The notes: generated by a model from the letters alone, not told the origin. Positions 1 to 13,037 are shown, numbered from the whole stretch's first letter. The stretch is 63,878 nucleotides of DNA, filler included, from Lama guanicoe (GCA_013239625.1; 76 parts of 73 records of this genome joined end to end with filler, not necessarily neighbours in it); one strand, 5' to 3'. Translations and numbers: made by a program.

Positions 1-73
1 GTCTGTGCTGCCCACCTCCCTGGGTTTCAGCATTCTCCAGGCAATCAGTTTCACACCCGGAGTCATTCTCCAC

Positions 74-433
74 TGTCTTAGTCAGTCTGGGATGCTGTAA
101 AAAATTACCATGGGTCAGAGGCTTAAACAACCAGCATATTCCTCAAGTTTTGGAGGCTGAGACATTCAAGATCAAGGTATCTGGGAGAGGATTGCCTCCA
201 TGGCTTGAAGATGGCTGTCTTCCCACTATCTTCATGGGGTGGAGAGCTGAAAGAAGCAAGCACTCTGGGGCCCCTTATAAGTGCCCTAATCCCATTCATG
301 AGGGCTCTACACTCTTGACCTCATTTTATCCTACAAATCACCTCCCTAAGGCCCCGCCTCCCAGTACCATCACCCTGGGAGATTGGGTTTCGACATATGG
401 ACTTTGAGGGGATGCAAACATTCAGTCCACATA
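74..433 (+). mobile_element. MaLR solo LTR, MLT1A-like
   Basis: Starts TGTCTTAGTCAGTCTGGG, contains GGAGGCTGAGACATTCAAGATCAAGG and CACCTCCCTAAGGCCCCGCCTCCCAGTACCATCAC, and ends CAAACATTCAGTCCACATA. These are recognisable MLT1A motifs. Confidence 0.85.
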
Positions 434-997
434 TCGGCTAACTCTCCCCAACATGAAGTTATCAAACCTGTAGCTAATTTCAAAGTAATGTTTATATCTC
501 TCTGCCCATTTCCATTCCTACATCCACTAACACTGAAGCCCTGTTAGATTTCATTCCTTATTTTTCTGGTAGAGATTTAATTGATTCCTCTACTCNNNNN
601 NNNNNNNNNNNNNNNNNNNNNNNNNNNNNNNNNNNNNNNNNNNNNNNNNNNNNNNNNNNNNNNNNNNNNNNNNNNNNNNNNNNNNNNNNNNNNNNNNNNN
701 NNNNNNNNNNNNNNNNNNNNNNNNNNNNNNNNNNNNNNNNNNNNNNNNNNNNNNNNNNNNNNNNNNNNNNNNNNNNNNNNNNNNNNNNNNNNNNNNNNNN
801 NNNNNNNNNNNNNNNNNNNNNNNNNNNNNNNNNNNNNNNNNNNNNNNNNNNNNNNNNNNNNNNNNNNNNNNNNNNNNNNNNNNNNNNNNNNNNNNNNNNN
901 NNNNNNNNNNNNNNNNNNNNNNNNNNNNNNNNNNNNNNNNNNNNNNNNNNNNNNNNNNNNNNNNNNNNNNNNNNNNNNNNNNNNNNNNNNNNNNNNN

Positions 998-1165
998 TCC
1001 TTCATCTTCATGGCCAGCAGCCTTTCTGAACATCGCTCCATGGCTGCACCTCCCTCTGATCCTAAACTCAGATGGGAAATGTCCTATGCTTGTAAAGACC
1101 CCTGTGATTACACTGGGCCCACTTGGAAAATCCAGGCTACTCTCCGTATCACCTCATCTCAGGAT
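998..1165 (+). mobile_element. MaLR LTR fragment, MLT1C/D-like
   Basis: AAAGACCCCTGTGATTACACTGGGCCCACTTGGAAAATCCAGG resembles the MLT1C/D core motif. Confidence 0.65.
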
Positions 1166-1194
1166 CCCCTTGTCCCACCCCACTTAGGCATTAT

Positions 1195-1294
1195 NNNNNN
1201 NNNNNNNNNNNNNNNNNNNNNNNNNNNNNNNNNNNNNNTTAATTAATTAANNNNNNNNNNNNNNNNNNNNNNNNNNNNNNNNNNNNNNNNNNNN
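1195..1294. other. Artificial scaffold linker N44-TTAATTAATTAA-N44 (first of about 75; last core at about 63326)
   Basis: The identical palindromic 12-mer has stop codons in all six frames and is always flanked by 44 Ns on each side (100 nt total). It recurs about every 0.3-1.7 kb. Confidence 0.98.
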
Positions 1295-2339
1295 ACTCTA
1301 GTTTTAGTTAGAGATCAACGGATTACTGTGTTAGATGACTTAGCTCAGACGAGAGGGTGACGGATTCGTCTCGTGAGCCGGCCGGTGCTCTATGTCAGCC
1401 TCCTTGATCACATTCAATTTCCTTTCTCTTCAAATAGCATGCTTCTGATTTTGTGAAGTTTAGAGCCTGTCCTGTGCACATGGGGTCTGGAGATGGCCCT
1501 GTTCCTGTGGTCTTTGTTTATTCTGTGAATTATGGTGTGAAACTTTATGTGCCCAAGCTTCATCATAACTTCAAATTTAAAGGATTTAAATATGGGAGAT
1601 GGATGCCAAGTTCTGGGAATAGATTTTCAGGATAACAGCCAGGATTGGTAAAAAGTAGGGAGAATGGATACAGCCTTCAAAAAAGAAATGCTATTTTACA
1701 ATTTCTGGCAGAAAAATTAAAAGGCTTGTTGGGATTCTATCAGGAAAGGGATACTATATGTTTAATTGGTAGACTTGTCTCCCATTTTCATGAAACAAAA
1801 TAATTTTATTATTGTTCAGTGCCTACTGTCTGGCAATGAGGTAGCCCCTTTGCATATAGTTTTATCATTTAATCTCTACAGAGAGTCCTAGGAGAATACA
1901 TGTGTCACAGGTGAGGGAACCAATATCATCCAGGGTATGCGGCAGGAAGGTAGATGAGCTGGAGGGCTCACCTTCCTTCAGGCTGAGACAGAGACACCAA
2001 GATTTATTGACAAGCATTTTGCTGAAGAGGTTTACTTAATACCTTGCTTCCTTCATGAAGTGGATCCCTTGAAATTGTTTATGTCTGGCTTATCTTCCCC
2101 TCTCTCCTCTGCCTCATGACTTCTCATAAGTAGAATGAATTCAGCCTGAACTAATTCAGTAAAACCAGAAAACGTAAAATTAGCCTACATAAATGTCTGG
2201 TTAGTCCTTGTAATTCAGTAATTCCTAAAATTCCTAGAANNNNNNNNNNNNNNNNNNNNNNNNNNNNNNNNNNNNNNNNNNNNTTAATTAATTAANNNNN
2301 NNNNNNNNNNNNNNNNNNNNNNNNNNNNNNNNNNNNNNN

Positions 2340-3379
2340 AGGAAAGTAAGATAAATGTGTAAGGGAAGATATAATGAATGGAATTATATTTTGTTAATGA
2401 AAAATAGTGACTTTGTACTGAAACTGGTTACTTCTGAATGGAAGAGAAAATGAAGGACACACTAATATGAATATAGAAAGCTGTGGNNNNNNNNNNNNNN
2501 NNNNNNNNNNNNNNNNNNNNNNNNNNNNNNNNNNNNNNNNNNNNNNNNNNNNNNNNNNNNNNNNNNNNNNNNNNNNNNNNNNNNNNNNNNNNNNNNNNNN
2601 NNNNNNNNNNNNNNNNNNNNNNNNNNNNNNNNNNNNNNNNNNNNNNNNNNNNNNNNNNNNNNNNNNNNNNNNNNNNNNNNNNNNNNNNNNNNNNNNNNNN
2701 NNNNNNNNNNNNNNNNNNNNNNNNNNNNNNNNNNNNNNNNNNNNNNNNNNNNNNNNNNNNNNNNNNNNNNNNNNNNNNNNNNNNNNNNNNNNNNNNNNNN
2801 NNNNNNNNNNNNNNNNNNNNNNNNNNNNNNNNNNNNNNNNNNNNNNNNNNNNNNNNNNNNNNNNNNNNNNNNNNNNNNNNNNNNNNNNNNNNNNNNNNNN
2901 NNNNNNNNNNNNNNNNNNNNNNNNNNNNNNNNNNNNNNNNNNNNNNNNNNNNNNNNNNNNNNNNNNNNNNNNNNNNNNNNNNNNNNNNNNNNNNNNNNNN
3001 NNNNNNNNNNNNNNNNNNNNNNNNNNNNNNNNNNNNNNNNNNNNNNNNNNNNNNNNNNNNNNNNNNNNNNNNNNNNNNNNNNNNNNNNNNNNNNNNNNNN
3101 NNNNNNNNNNNNNNNNNNNNNNNNNNNNNNNNNNNNNNNNNNNNNNNNNNNTTTTGTCATTTATAGACAGTTAATTGTTTTCTTCTGATGATTTTGTAAA
3201 ATGCATGATCTTCAAGGAGATTTACTGATTTCTAATAAATTTCAAACTATAGCACTGAACTAAACTGGGTAAGAAATTTTAAAAATCTAATGAAAACTCT
3301 GAAATAATTAGTTACATGGGACTGAGTAAAATGATGAATATGGTAACAATTTTTGATTTTGTCTGAAATACTACTCGCT
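2340..3379 (+). mobile_element. Probable non-coding ERV1-class internal sequence (gapped)
   Basis: AT-rich sequence resembling MER4-group-type internal regions; recognised by eye only. Confidence 0.4.
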
Positions 3380-4044
3380 TNNNNNNNNNNNNNNNNNNNN
3401 NNNNNNNNNNNNNNNNNNNNNNNNTTAATTAATTAANNNNNNNNNNNNNNNNNNNNNNNNNNNNNNNNNNNNNNNNNNNNAACACTCATTCTCCTGGGCC
3501 TTCCAGATCTTCCCCCAGAAGTGCCCAGGACTGGCTTTTTGCTGCGCTGAGGCAATATTTGTTAATAACACCCTTTCCTCTTCTCCTCTGAGCCTCCGTT
3601 TCTTTCTGTGCACAGTGAGGGCTTAGACTAGATAAGTACTTTTCAGTTTCTTTTAAAGCCATGTTTCCTTTGAGAAAAAGAAAATGTAAATTTCTCCTCT
3701 CAACCCAACCCTTTAGATTTTGGTATGTCCTCCAAGGACCAAGGAGTGACATAGCTCTTTGTGGAAAATTGATGTGATTTTGATTCCAGGTGACACAGAA
3801 AAGACTCTTCAGAGATTTATTGCAGGGAGAGGGCAGGAAAGAGGCAGTATGTGACACTTTCTAGGGTGAGCAATGGAGCAGGGACTTGGATTTATATACG
3901 GTGTCTGACGTGTCCTCTCTCTAATCTTGTAGAATGTGATAAACNNNNNNNNNNNNNNNNNNNNNNNNNNNNNNNNNNNNNNNNNNNNTTAATTAATTAA
4001 NNNNNNNNNNNNNNNNNNNNNNNNNNNNNNNNNNNNNNNNNNNN

Positions 4045-4526
4045 GGACGGCTTTCACACACACTTAACTCTCAGAACTGAGCTTGTGGAGAGATGTTCGT
4101 TCATCCAGCACAAAGGAACGGGTTGCAGGACAAACCCTTACTCTGGTTTCTCAGTCTGTTTCCTAGTGCCGGTTTGAAGTGCCTGCCGTTTTCACTGTAA
4201 AACCGAGTTGGAGCTTGTACCTCCCCATATATATGTANNNNNNNNNNNNNNNNNNNNNNNNNNNNNNNNNNNNNNNNNNNNNNNNNNNNNNNNNNNNNNN
4301 NNNNNNNNNNNNNNNNNNNNNNNNNNNNNNNNNNNNNNNNNNNNNNNNNNNNNNNNNNNNNNNNNNNNNNNNNNNNNNNNNNNNNNNNNNNNNNNNNNNN
4401 NNNNNNNNNNNNNNNNNNNNNNNNNNNNNNNNNNNNNNNNNNNNNNNNNNNTTGTGCCTCCCCATATATATGTATGATGTGGAGTTGACAACTGAAAAGA
4501 AACTTTGTGTTCCCTTCAAGCTAGGT
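4045..4526 (+). repeat. ~248-bp satellite family (gapped)
   Basis: Same monomer as 58742-59452 (GGACGGCTTTCACACAC...AAAACCGAGTTGGAGCTTGTACCTCCCCATATATATG). Confidence 0.92.
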
Positions 4527-5632
4527 NNNNNNNNNNNNNNNNNNNNNNNNNNNNNNNNNNNNNNNNNNNNTTAATTAATTAANNNNNNNNNNNNNNNNNN
4601 NNNNNNNNNNNNNNNNNNNNNNNNNNGCACCACAGGGCATGCTGAGTGCCCAGAAAATTACCAGCAGCCTCATGTGGTTTGCACCAGGCCACCAGGAACT
4701 GGCCACATAAGAACTCCCTTCTCTGACACTCCTGGGTCCTCAGACTGTCTGGTCAACACCCACATTCTCATAAGCATGGTGAACCCAGGTGGTCAGGAAC
4801 AGAGGGAGCTTTGTGTCCTGGTCTTAGAGAAGAGAACCCCTTAGCTTTTCCCACATACCCACCTTCTGTGGCCGCAGCTTCTCCTTCGCTACCACATCAC
4901 AGAAGGGAATTTAGAGGCATCTTGGCTCTCCAGCAAAGACAAAGGACAATGGATCCCAACCACATGAAAAATGGAATAAAATGGGGGTGCTCTTAGTCAG
5001 CCACCTAGGTGCAGGTGGCATTTGGCAACCCAGGATGGGGTGGTGATTTAGAGGGGCATTTCTCAAAGTCATTACAGTTAATTATCACAGAGTTACAGAC
5101 TCATCAGTAGGCAAAGAGCCAGCTCCAGATCCCCAGGGAATTTCAGATGGCTTAATAAGCAAAGTGGCATGCATGTAAGGAAGCTGATTCTCTATAAAGA
5201 AATGATTTCATTATTTCTTTATTCCTCAGTCCTGGATCCCATGCCTATTATATACTCACCACATCTTGGAAGATGTCTGTCCAACAGGGCTCTGGGTCCG
5301 GAAAATTACTGTGTTCCTTGTTTTTAATTTAGCAGCACACTTTCACCACGGGACCAGTGCATTTTTTCACAACTCGTGATTCATCTCAAAAAGGTGCATT
5401 TCAACCTGGTCATCTTCTAGACTCCGTGGTATTCACAATTGAACCAAAATTCTGCAGAGACACTGATGCAGTCTTAACAATTATAGAATGAATGACATCA
5501 CCANNNNNNNNNNNNNNNNNNNNNNNNNNNNNNNNNNNNNNNNNNNNTTAATTAATTAANNNNNNNNNNNNNNNNNNNNNNNNNNNNNNNNNNNNNNNNN
5601 NNNATAGAAAGCCTTAAACCTCAGTCTCGCTT

Positions 5633-5652
5633 CACACACACACACACACACA
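5633..5652 (+). repeat. (CA)n microsatellite
   Basis: Direct reading. Confidence 0.9.
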
Positions 5653-5659
5653 TACAAAT

Positions 5660-6200
5660 TTAGAGCAAAGATTTAAAGGCAAAATTAGCCTGAGAGATAC
5701 TAAAGAAAATGAGATAAAATTTTATCATTTTAGAGTGCTATGGATTTTTAAGCATGAAATATAACTCAGAATCCATAAGAGAAAATTTTCATAAATTTAC
5801 TACATGCTATTTTTAAAATTCTACATAGCAAACAAACAAGGCCATAAACAAAGTCAAAAACAGAATATTAAATTTTTTAAAAAGACACATATATATGACA
5901 GCCTTATGACAACTTTCTTAACAGAGGATTTTTTTTAAAAATCTTTATTTAAATGACTAACACAGTAGGAAATGGGCAGATATATGAATGAACAACTTAT
6001 ACAAAGATAAATGAAATGAAGTTCCATCTCATTCATAATTTTTTAAATTATTAAAAATTTTAAAAGCCTAGCTGATAAGCAAAAGTCCAAAACCTTAGTA
6101 ATATACAGGTTTGGGAAAATAGGTACTCTGCTTAACCACCGCTATTGGTGGCAAAACTTCACTAGAAGAAAATTTGGTTGAATCATATAGACTACTATGA
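5660..6200 (+). mobile_element. Old, degraded LINE-1 (L1M-type) ORF2 3' fragment
   Basis: L1-like phrases (CCATAAACAAAGTCAAAA, GGAAATGGGCAGATATATGAATGAACAACTT), heavily diverged. Confidence 0.55.
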
Positions 6201-6407
6201 GTATATTACTTTCTAGAATGTTATTTTATTTCTCTGAAGTGAATAGCTAATTATTATGTTTTAATTTTTAATTATTTTGGCTTTCTTACTTTATTTGTGC
6301 AATTGCTNNNNNNNNNNNNNNNNNNNNNNNNNNNNNNNNNNNNNNNNNNNNTTAATTAATTAANNNNNNNNNNNNNNNNNNNNNNNNNNNNNNNNNNNNN
6401 NNNNNNN

Positions 6408-6712
6408 CCTCCGCAGTCCGTCCATTGCTTCGGGCTGCACTGAGCGGCTGGTAACAGTTGAGATTTTCATGTAGAGTTGCGTGTATGCTGGAACAATTGC
6501 TCAGTTCATTTAAACTAGTGGCTACTAGAGCACGTTGGAGAACACATTTGTTCTCATCTTCTAGCCAGGGACCCTCCCGCCAGGTTTCTGTCCTGCTGTT
6601 CATTTCCACGTTATTTGCCAAGACTTCCGGAGGAAATGTAAGCAGCCTGATGCTCAAATGCTTTTCAGTGTGATTCCCACCTTGTATGTTCTTTAAAGGA
6701 ACAGCAAATTGC
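6408..6712 (-). CDS. Candidate coding exon of an unidentified gene (truncated by scaffold end)
   Basis: Pyrimidine-rich acceptor TTTTGTCCACTGTTCTCTAG| is followed by about 101 open codons of non-repetitive sequence (QFAVPLKNIQGGNHTEKHL...SNGRTAE). Confidence 0.4.
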
Positions 6713-7164
6713 CTAGAGAACAGTGGACAAAATGCCAACCCCCCATTTCTTTAAGGGTCTGAGATTTGGTGTTAGGAAATAGAAGAAATTTCCAGAAACC
6801 CCCTTAAGAAAAATTATTTCTTTCAAATGTGGTTTGGAACAGCAAAGACAATATACTTTATAGCACAGCTTTTAAGACAGCTGAAGAGGCAGTAAGTTCC
6901 CGTAANNNNNNNNNNNNNNNNNNNNNNNNNNNNNNNNNNNNNNNNNNNNTTAATTAATTAANNNNNNNNNNNNNNNNNNNNNNNNNNNNNNNNNNNNNNN
7001 NNNNNAGAACATAGCTATTATTTACAATTAGTGCAAAAGACACTCGCCTTAAAATGCCGTAAAATAATAAAAATGCCAACTGTTTCAGGACTGAGAAACA
7101 TATTGCTTCCTAAAATGAATTACCTGGTCTTTTACACCCCAACCGACACATAGAATTATATCTT

Positions 7165-7236
7165 TGTTTTTTGATTGTTTGTTTGTTTGCCCCTTAATGG
7201 AGGCAATGCTTATTGAACCCAGGATCTTGTGCATAA
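7165..7236 (-). mobile_element. Truncated, degenerate Vic-1-type SINE 3' part
   Basis: (TTTG)n tail then TAATGGAGG...ATTGAACCCAGG, matching the SINE at 49311-49436. Confidence 0.55.
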
Positions 7237-7865
7237 GTTTATCAACATCATTTTGAAACAATTAACAGAAGCCACAAGAGTATGGATTATAAAGAAGAGA
7301 AGAAAATTTATTACTTCTAGGGACTGATAAACCTCGGAGTGACAGAATGGCAAAAATAAACATTTGTAAATTTACAATAAGATTCTCTCTTTTGAAATAA
7401 TATTGTAGAATATTAAATTAATTTTGCTTCAATTAAACCATTGAATTACAATTTAAAANNNNNNNNNNNNNNNNNNNNNNNNNNNNNNNNNNNNNNNNNN
7501 NNNNNNNNNNNNAATATTTTATAAATATTAACCATTTTTATATACATACCATATAAAAACATATTTATTCTTCTGATGTTTTGAATATAGAGGTAAGGTA
7601 CATAAAGTACACAGATAAATACCTGCTTACAATACCAAATCAAATTATGTTTCATTTTATTTACAAATGATATTGAAATCGTTATACATTTTCTGTACAT
7701 GTTTTAGGCNNNNNNNNNNNNNNNNNNNNNNNNNNNNNNNNNNNNNNNNNNNNTTAATTAATTAANNNNNNNNNNNNNNNNNNNNNNNNNNNNNNNNNNN
7801 NNNNNNNNNTTTGTCCCTAAAAAAGGGAGCACATATAGCACTTATAAATATGTTTTAATATGTTG

Positions 7866-8084
7866 TTTGGGATTAGCAGATACAAACTATTATATATAAA
7901 ATAGATAAACAACAAGGTCCTACTGTATAGCATAGGGAACTATACTCAATAGCTTGTAATAACCTATAATGAAAAAGAATATGAAAAAGAATATATGTGT
8001 ATGATATATATATAAAACTGAATGACTGTGCTGTACTTCAGAGATGAACACAGCATTGTAAATCAACTATAATTCAGTTAAAAC
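7866..8084 (+). mobile_element. LINE-1 3' UTR end, cetartiodactyl type
   Basis: GGGATTAGCAGATACAAACTA...AACAAGGTCCTACTGTATAGCATAGGGAACTAT...CATTGTAAATCAACTATA. Confidence 0.88.
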
Positions 8085-8692
8085 GTTTAAGTCTAAAAAT
8101 GTTTGGATAATACATTTTTCTATATGGATATTTCATAACAGATGCAACAGTTTTGTTTAAACTTTTCGGTTCTTAAAAGGAATGTTGTTGAATGTGAAGA
8201 AATATTCTGAGAACCAGGAAGAATTGCATTATAGTAGCAAGAGCCTTTATTATGGCCATGAAATCAAATGAGAAAACACTGTCTTAATTTTGGTTATTAT
8301 CCTAACTCTAATTTATTTTCTGTTTTGGTCATTTATGACAAAAACAGGTCTACTTACTGTTAACACTTTGTTTCTATGGTACTATGAACTTGAAAACTTT
8401 TGAAAATTCCTGTTACTCCTTTATAGCAATCATAAAGCTCTTCTGTGCAAGAGGAGGCTGACTCCTTAGTGATTAAAAACACCTCCGGAGGTGTGGAGGC
8501 TGGGGCCAGAGAACACCAGGAGTTGTTTAGCAGGCACTCTTCTGGCATCCTCTCCTAATGCCTGTTTTCTTTGTGACCAAGTTAGTTAATCTNNNNNNNN
8601 NNNNNNNNNNNNNNNNNNNNNNNNNNNNNNNNNNNNTTAATTAATTAANNNNNNNNNNNNNNNNNNNNNNNNNNNNNNNNNNNNNNNNNNNN

Positions 8693-9147
8693 CGCCTCAG
8701 GGTCCTAACGGGCCGCACGGCCGGGATCTCACCTCCGCACCGCTCACTGGGCGCCTCCCCAGCCGCACAGCTCAGGCGTCACCCGCTGGCTCCCCGAGCA
8801 GCGCGCCCCCACCAGCGCCCCCATAACTGCCCGGCAGCGGCAGGCGAGCCACGGGCAAGCGGCGGCCCAGACCCCAGGCCGTGTTCCTCTTCCAGGAGCT
8901 GGTCCAGGAGCAACCGGCTGCCGCCAGCTTCCACGCATTCTCGGCGGGTTCCGACGTCCGCGTGTCTGTCCGTCTACGCGTGCGCGGCCCTCCTCCTCCC
9001 GTCCGCAGCGCAAACTGCTCGGGTGGGTCTCCTGCTTTATCGGACCTGGCCACTGGGGCCGGGAGGAGCCAGATGCTCGTCCCACCGGGTCTCCATCTCC
9101 AGAGCCTTCACCCTGCCACCGACTGGGTCCTGGCACTGAACTAGAAC
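8693..9147. promoter_or_regulatory. CpG-island fragment, possible first-exon region of an unidentified gene
   Basis: Very GC-rich with dense CpG. Possible minus-strand donor GAG|GTGAGA near 8728-8736. No recognisable protein. Confidence 0.55.
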
Positions 9148-9789
9148 NNNNNNNNNNNNNNNNNNNNNNNNNNNNNNNNNNNNNNNNNNNNTTAATTAAT
9201 TAANNNNNNNNNNNNNNNNNNNNNNNNNNNNNNNNNNNNNNNNNNNNTGGAGCTTTGAGGCTCAGAGGGCTCAGTGACTTACTAGAGGTCCTGCAGTGCG
9301 GTTATCCACCTAGTTACTCTGTGCCAACTGCAGTGTGTGCCCTGGTACCCGTGTCTTTGTGGCTCCTGATTGGAATTCCTATTAAGTGCAATCTCCTCCC
9401 TGGGGATCCTCAGGGAAGAGGCCACGTCTCACCTGGTGCCCAGACGGCGCCTGGCACGTGCTGAGGAAGTGGCCGGTGTTTGCTGTGCACTGAGTCAAGG
9501 GAAGAGCCAGAATAAAGGGCCCAGGGTGACCCAAAGGCATATTCCTTTTGTCCTCTGACAGCTCGGCGTCCTCAGCTCTGTTCTTGGCTCGGCACTGCAA
9601 TCAGACTGGAATGTTGGATCCTGTTTTCTCCCTTGGATCATACTAGATGATGGACAGGTTCTTCATTACCTTTTGCAGCATAGCTAGTTNNNNNNNNNNN
9701 NNNNNNNNNNNNNNNNNNNNNNNNNNNNNNNNNTTAATTAATTAANNNNNNNNNNNNNNNNNNNNNNNNNNNNNNNNNNNNNNNNNNNN

Positions 9790-9872
9790 TTTTGTGTTGA
9801 TTCATCATTAATATAAAGAAATGCAACTGATTTTTGTATGTTAACCTTGTAAACTGCTACCTTGCTGAATTC
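9790..9872 (-). mobile_element. LINE-1 ORF2 (RT region) fragment
   Basis: AGAAATGCAACTGATTTTTGTATGTTAACCTTGT...CTTGCTGAATTCA is antisense L1 ORF2. Confidence 0.8.
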
Positions 9873-11459
9873 AAGTCATTACTTCATCATTCCGTGCTTT
9901 ATCTTCATGCTACTTGTTCTGAGGTTCCAAGAAGGTGGGCTTGCACGACGGTTATCACAGGCACTTATGCCTCTGCTGAATTCTTACCTAACAAAGTTCA
10001 GTCTCTGCATTTATTATATACATAACAAGGCAAGTGACTGAGGAGACAGAGGCAGCTACATAATTCGGGGGTGCATAAGATAAACTGTTGGGCCCCAGGA
10101 TGGAGTGGAGAAGTCAATCACCCTTCCCACAGTCCAGCATCCGAACTGCTGGTAGACAAGAGACCCCGACGAGATTGCAACCTCTATGCCAACAGGAAGC
10201 AACTGGCACAATCCTCCAGTGCTGACACATCCAATGCCCACACTGGGCAGAGGGCAGCAGCGATGGGACAGGGAGAGGGAGATGGAGCTGGAGGCCAGGC
10301 GGAGGCCCGGAGGGCTGTGAGCAGATGGCTGAGAGTCTAAGCCGAGTGCAGGGAGCTGGCCAGACCACACATGAGCTAGGGTTCAAGCCCCCAACTTGTA
10401 AGTTCTTCCCCCATCAGACTTCACTTCCCACATATTCACACATTCAAAGACAATCCTACTAAGAATTTCGAGTATTCAAGCTTCTTAATTTTTTGCTCAT
10501 AATCTCAAGATAAGTTAAGTGTTGAACTTCACTTTCGAATTAAATCAGGTTCCTCATCTACCTTCACTATGGGCAAAAGAGATTAAAGCTGATAAAAAAA
10601 AAAGAAGAAGAACAAAACTGATAAAAATGCTTGGTTGCCCAAGTGTTGCTCATGAATACCATGTGAGCAAAAAGCCCAGCATGTAAGCCTTCATGCAGGT
10701 ATTCTCAAGTCTTAGTCCATGAGTATTTAAACTGATTCGTGAACATATCAGTTGAATTATCATCTGAGCTTTTTTTTTNNNNNNNNNNNNNNNNNNNNNN
10801 NNNNNNNNNNNNNNNNNNNNNNTTAATTAATTAANNNNNNNNNNNNNNNNNNNNNNNNNNNNNNNNNNNNNNNNNNNNAAGGAAAATACATATTGTGTAA
10901 TTAATATTCTATTTTTAAGAAGAAAATTATTTTAAAAACCCAAAATTTAATCATTTATCTAGAAAGTAGTTTTATAAAGCCAACTTATTTTCATAAGTTA
11001 CATAAATAAAAGGGCTATCAAAATCTACATTATTAAAGATTAAATTATACCAAATAGATCACCAAGGTTGATTGATTTTCATGATATTAATAATTTTTGA
11101 AAATATAACTTACATACAACATATCCAAGCAGCCCTTCAGTTACCCACAGTACCCTAGTCTACAGTTATTCTTACTGTAACTAAAACAAGTAATAGGCAA
11201 GGTTCAGGCCCTTGCTTTTGAACTGCCATTGGAACTCTGGATATTCCCATAGGTTAAAGACCAAAAGCAAAGTAACAATTCTAATTTAAAACATTCACTA
11301 TCTATATCCAGTTACAGGAAAGAATTAAGTTTTCTGAAGCTTAAAAAAAAGAAATCTTCTGCTGAAAATGAAATTCTGTCATGTATGCTTACCATAACTT
11401 TACAGGCCAAAATTAATTCTCCCTTTACTGTTTTCCTACCAACGTAGGTCATTATCTTC

Positions 11460-11764
11460 GCTTTCAAATTCCATTTACGCTAGATGAACGAATGCCTCTC
11501 CACATGCTCAATTCTGACAGTTGAGTGTGTGTGAAAGCCGTCAATCACCTAGCTTGTTGGGAACACACAGGTTCTTCTCAGTGGGAAAATACACGACATA
11601 AATATATATGGGGAGGTACTAGCTCCAACTCGGTTTTACAAAGAAAAGTGCATGAACTTGAAACTGACACTAAGAAGCATACTGAGAAATCACATTAGTG
11701 TTTCTATGGCTCCTTAATCCCTTTATGCTACATTAACAAACGCGTCTCCACATGCTCAATTCTG
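11460..11764 (-). repeat. Diverged ~248-bp satellite monomers at an array edge
   Basis: CTAGATGAACG...CTCCACATGCTCA...GTGTGAAAGCCGTC...CTAGCTTGTTGGGAACACA aligns with 15568-16310; preceded by non-satellite DNA in the same contig. Confidence 0.88.
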
Positions 11765-11864
11765 NNNNNNNNNNNNNNNNNNNNNNNNNNNNNNNNNNNN
11801 NNNNNNNNTTAATTAATTAANNNNNNNNNNNNNNNNNNNNNNNNNNNNNNNNNNNNNNNNNNNN

Positions 11865-12625
11865 ATGCTCAGTGTCAGCGTCTGCTTCCCCAAGGTCAGG
11901 GAAGTTATTTCTCGGACTTCCCCCAAACAGAGAACACCTGTGACTGAAGAGAGCTGCGTGGGGTTGTCTCTCGAGCTCCCCCACGCACTGACAATGTTTC
12001 CGGAATCCTGAGCGTGGGGAGGTTCCACCAACGGTCGGCAGCGCGTGGGTTCTAACGGAATGCCTAAGCTCGTCTCCCCTGAGGGTTTTCCTAATGTCTC
12101 TGTGCCAGGGAATATTAAGGTTGTGTTGGATTTCCCAGTGTCAGCGGCTGCCTCCCCAAGGTCAGGGAAGATATTTCTCGGACTTCCCCCTAACAGGGAA
12201 CACCTGTGAATGAAGAGAGCTGCGTTTAATGTTCTCTCGATCACCCCAAAGCACAAGAGAATGGTTCCAGAATCCTGAGCGGGGGAGGGTCCACCAACGT
12301 TCGGCAGCGTGTGGGTCCTAACAGAATCCCTTAGCTCTTGTCCCCTGAGTGTTTTATAAGTCTGGCTCACAGGGAAAGCTAGGGGTTTGTGCTGGAATCC
12401 CAGTGGCAGCGACTGTATCCCCATGCTCAGGGAAGGTAATTCTAGGACCTCCCTTTAACAGGGAACACCTGTGACTGATGATGGCTGCGTTGAGTTTTCT
12501 CTCAAGCTCCCCCACGCACACAGAATGTTTCTGGAATCCTGAGGGTGGGGAGGTTCCAAAAACATTCGGCAGCGCTTGGGTTCCATCAGAATGCATTTGC
12601 TCATCTCCCCTGAGTATTTTCCTGA
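11865..12625 (-). repeat. 267-bp GC-rich satellite, diverged copies
   Basis: About 3 monomers homologous to 20903-21682. Confidence 0.92.
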
Positions 12626-12774
12626 NNNNNNNNNNNNNNNNNNNNNNNNNNNNNNNNNNNNNNNNNNNNTTAATTAATTAANNNNNNNNNNNNNNNNNNN
12701 NNNNNNNNNNNNNNNNNNNNNNNNNACCCGTATATCACTTAGTTTGTAAATGCTAAGAAAGTTAATACAATTTT

Positions 12775-13037
12775 GGGTACCACTTCACACCTACCAGGAT
12801 GGCTATCATTAAAAAAAAAAAAGACAAGCAATAACAGGAAAGAATGTGAAGAAATTGGAAACACCATACATTGCTTTGAGTCGGGGGGATGTAAAATAGT
12901 GAAGCCAATTTGTAAGGCAGCTGGTTCTTCAAAAAGTTAAAGAAAGAATTATCATATGATCCAGCAACTCCACTGTTATGCCCAAGAAAATTTTAAAAAT
13001 ACGTTCAAAAATTTGTACACAAATATTCACAGCATCA
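12775..13037 (+). mobile_element. Old LINE-1 ORF2 C-terminal fragment
   Basis: TACCACTTCACACCTACCAGGATGGCTAT...AGAATTATCATATGATCCAGCAACTCCACT. Confidence 0.82.

Noticed and set aside
577..1246. Long ORFs made mostly of X (here and across all N gaps)
   Set aside because: Artefacts of translating Ns.
5260..5451. 192-bp minus-strand segment bounded by CTGCAG| and |GTGAGT
   Set aside because: All three frames contain multiple stops; a faint sushi-domain-like resemblance is too weak to call.
10056..10386. Overlapping 89-104 aa ORFs on both strands
   Set aside because: No recognisable domain or splice signals; could be an LTR-like element but I cannot support a call.
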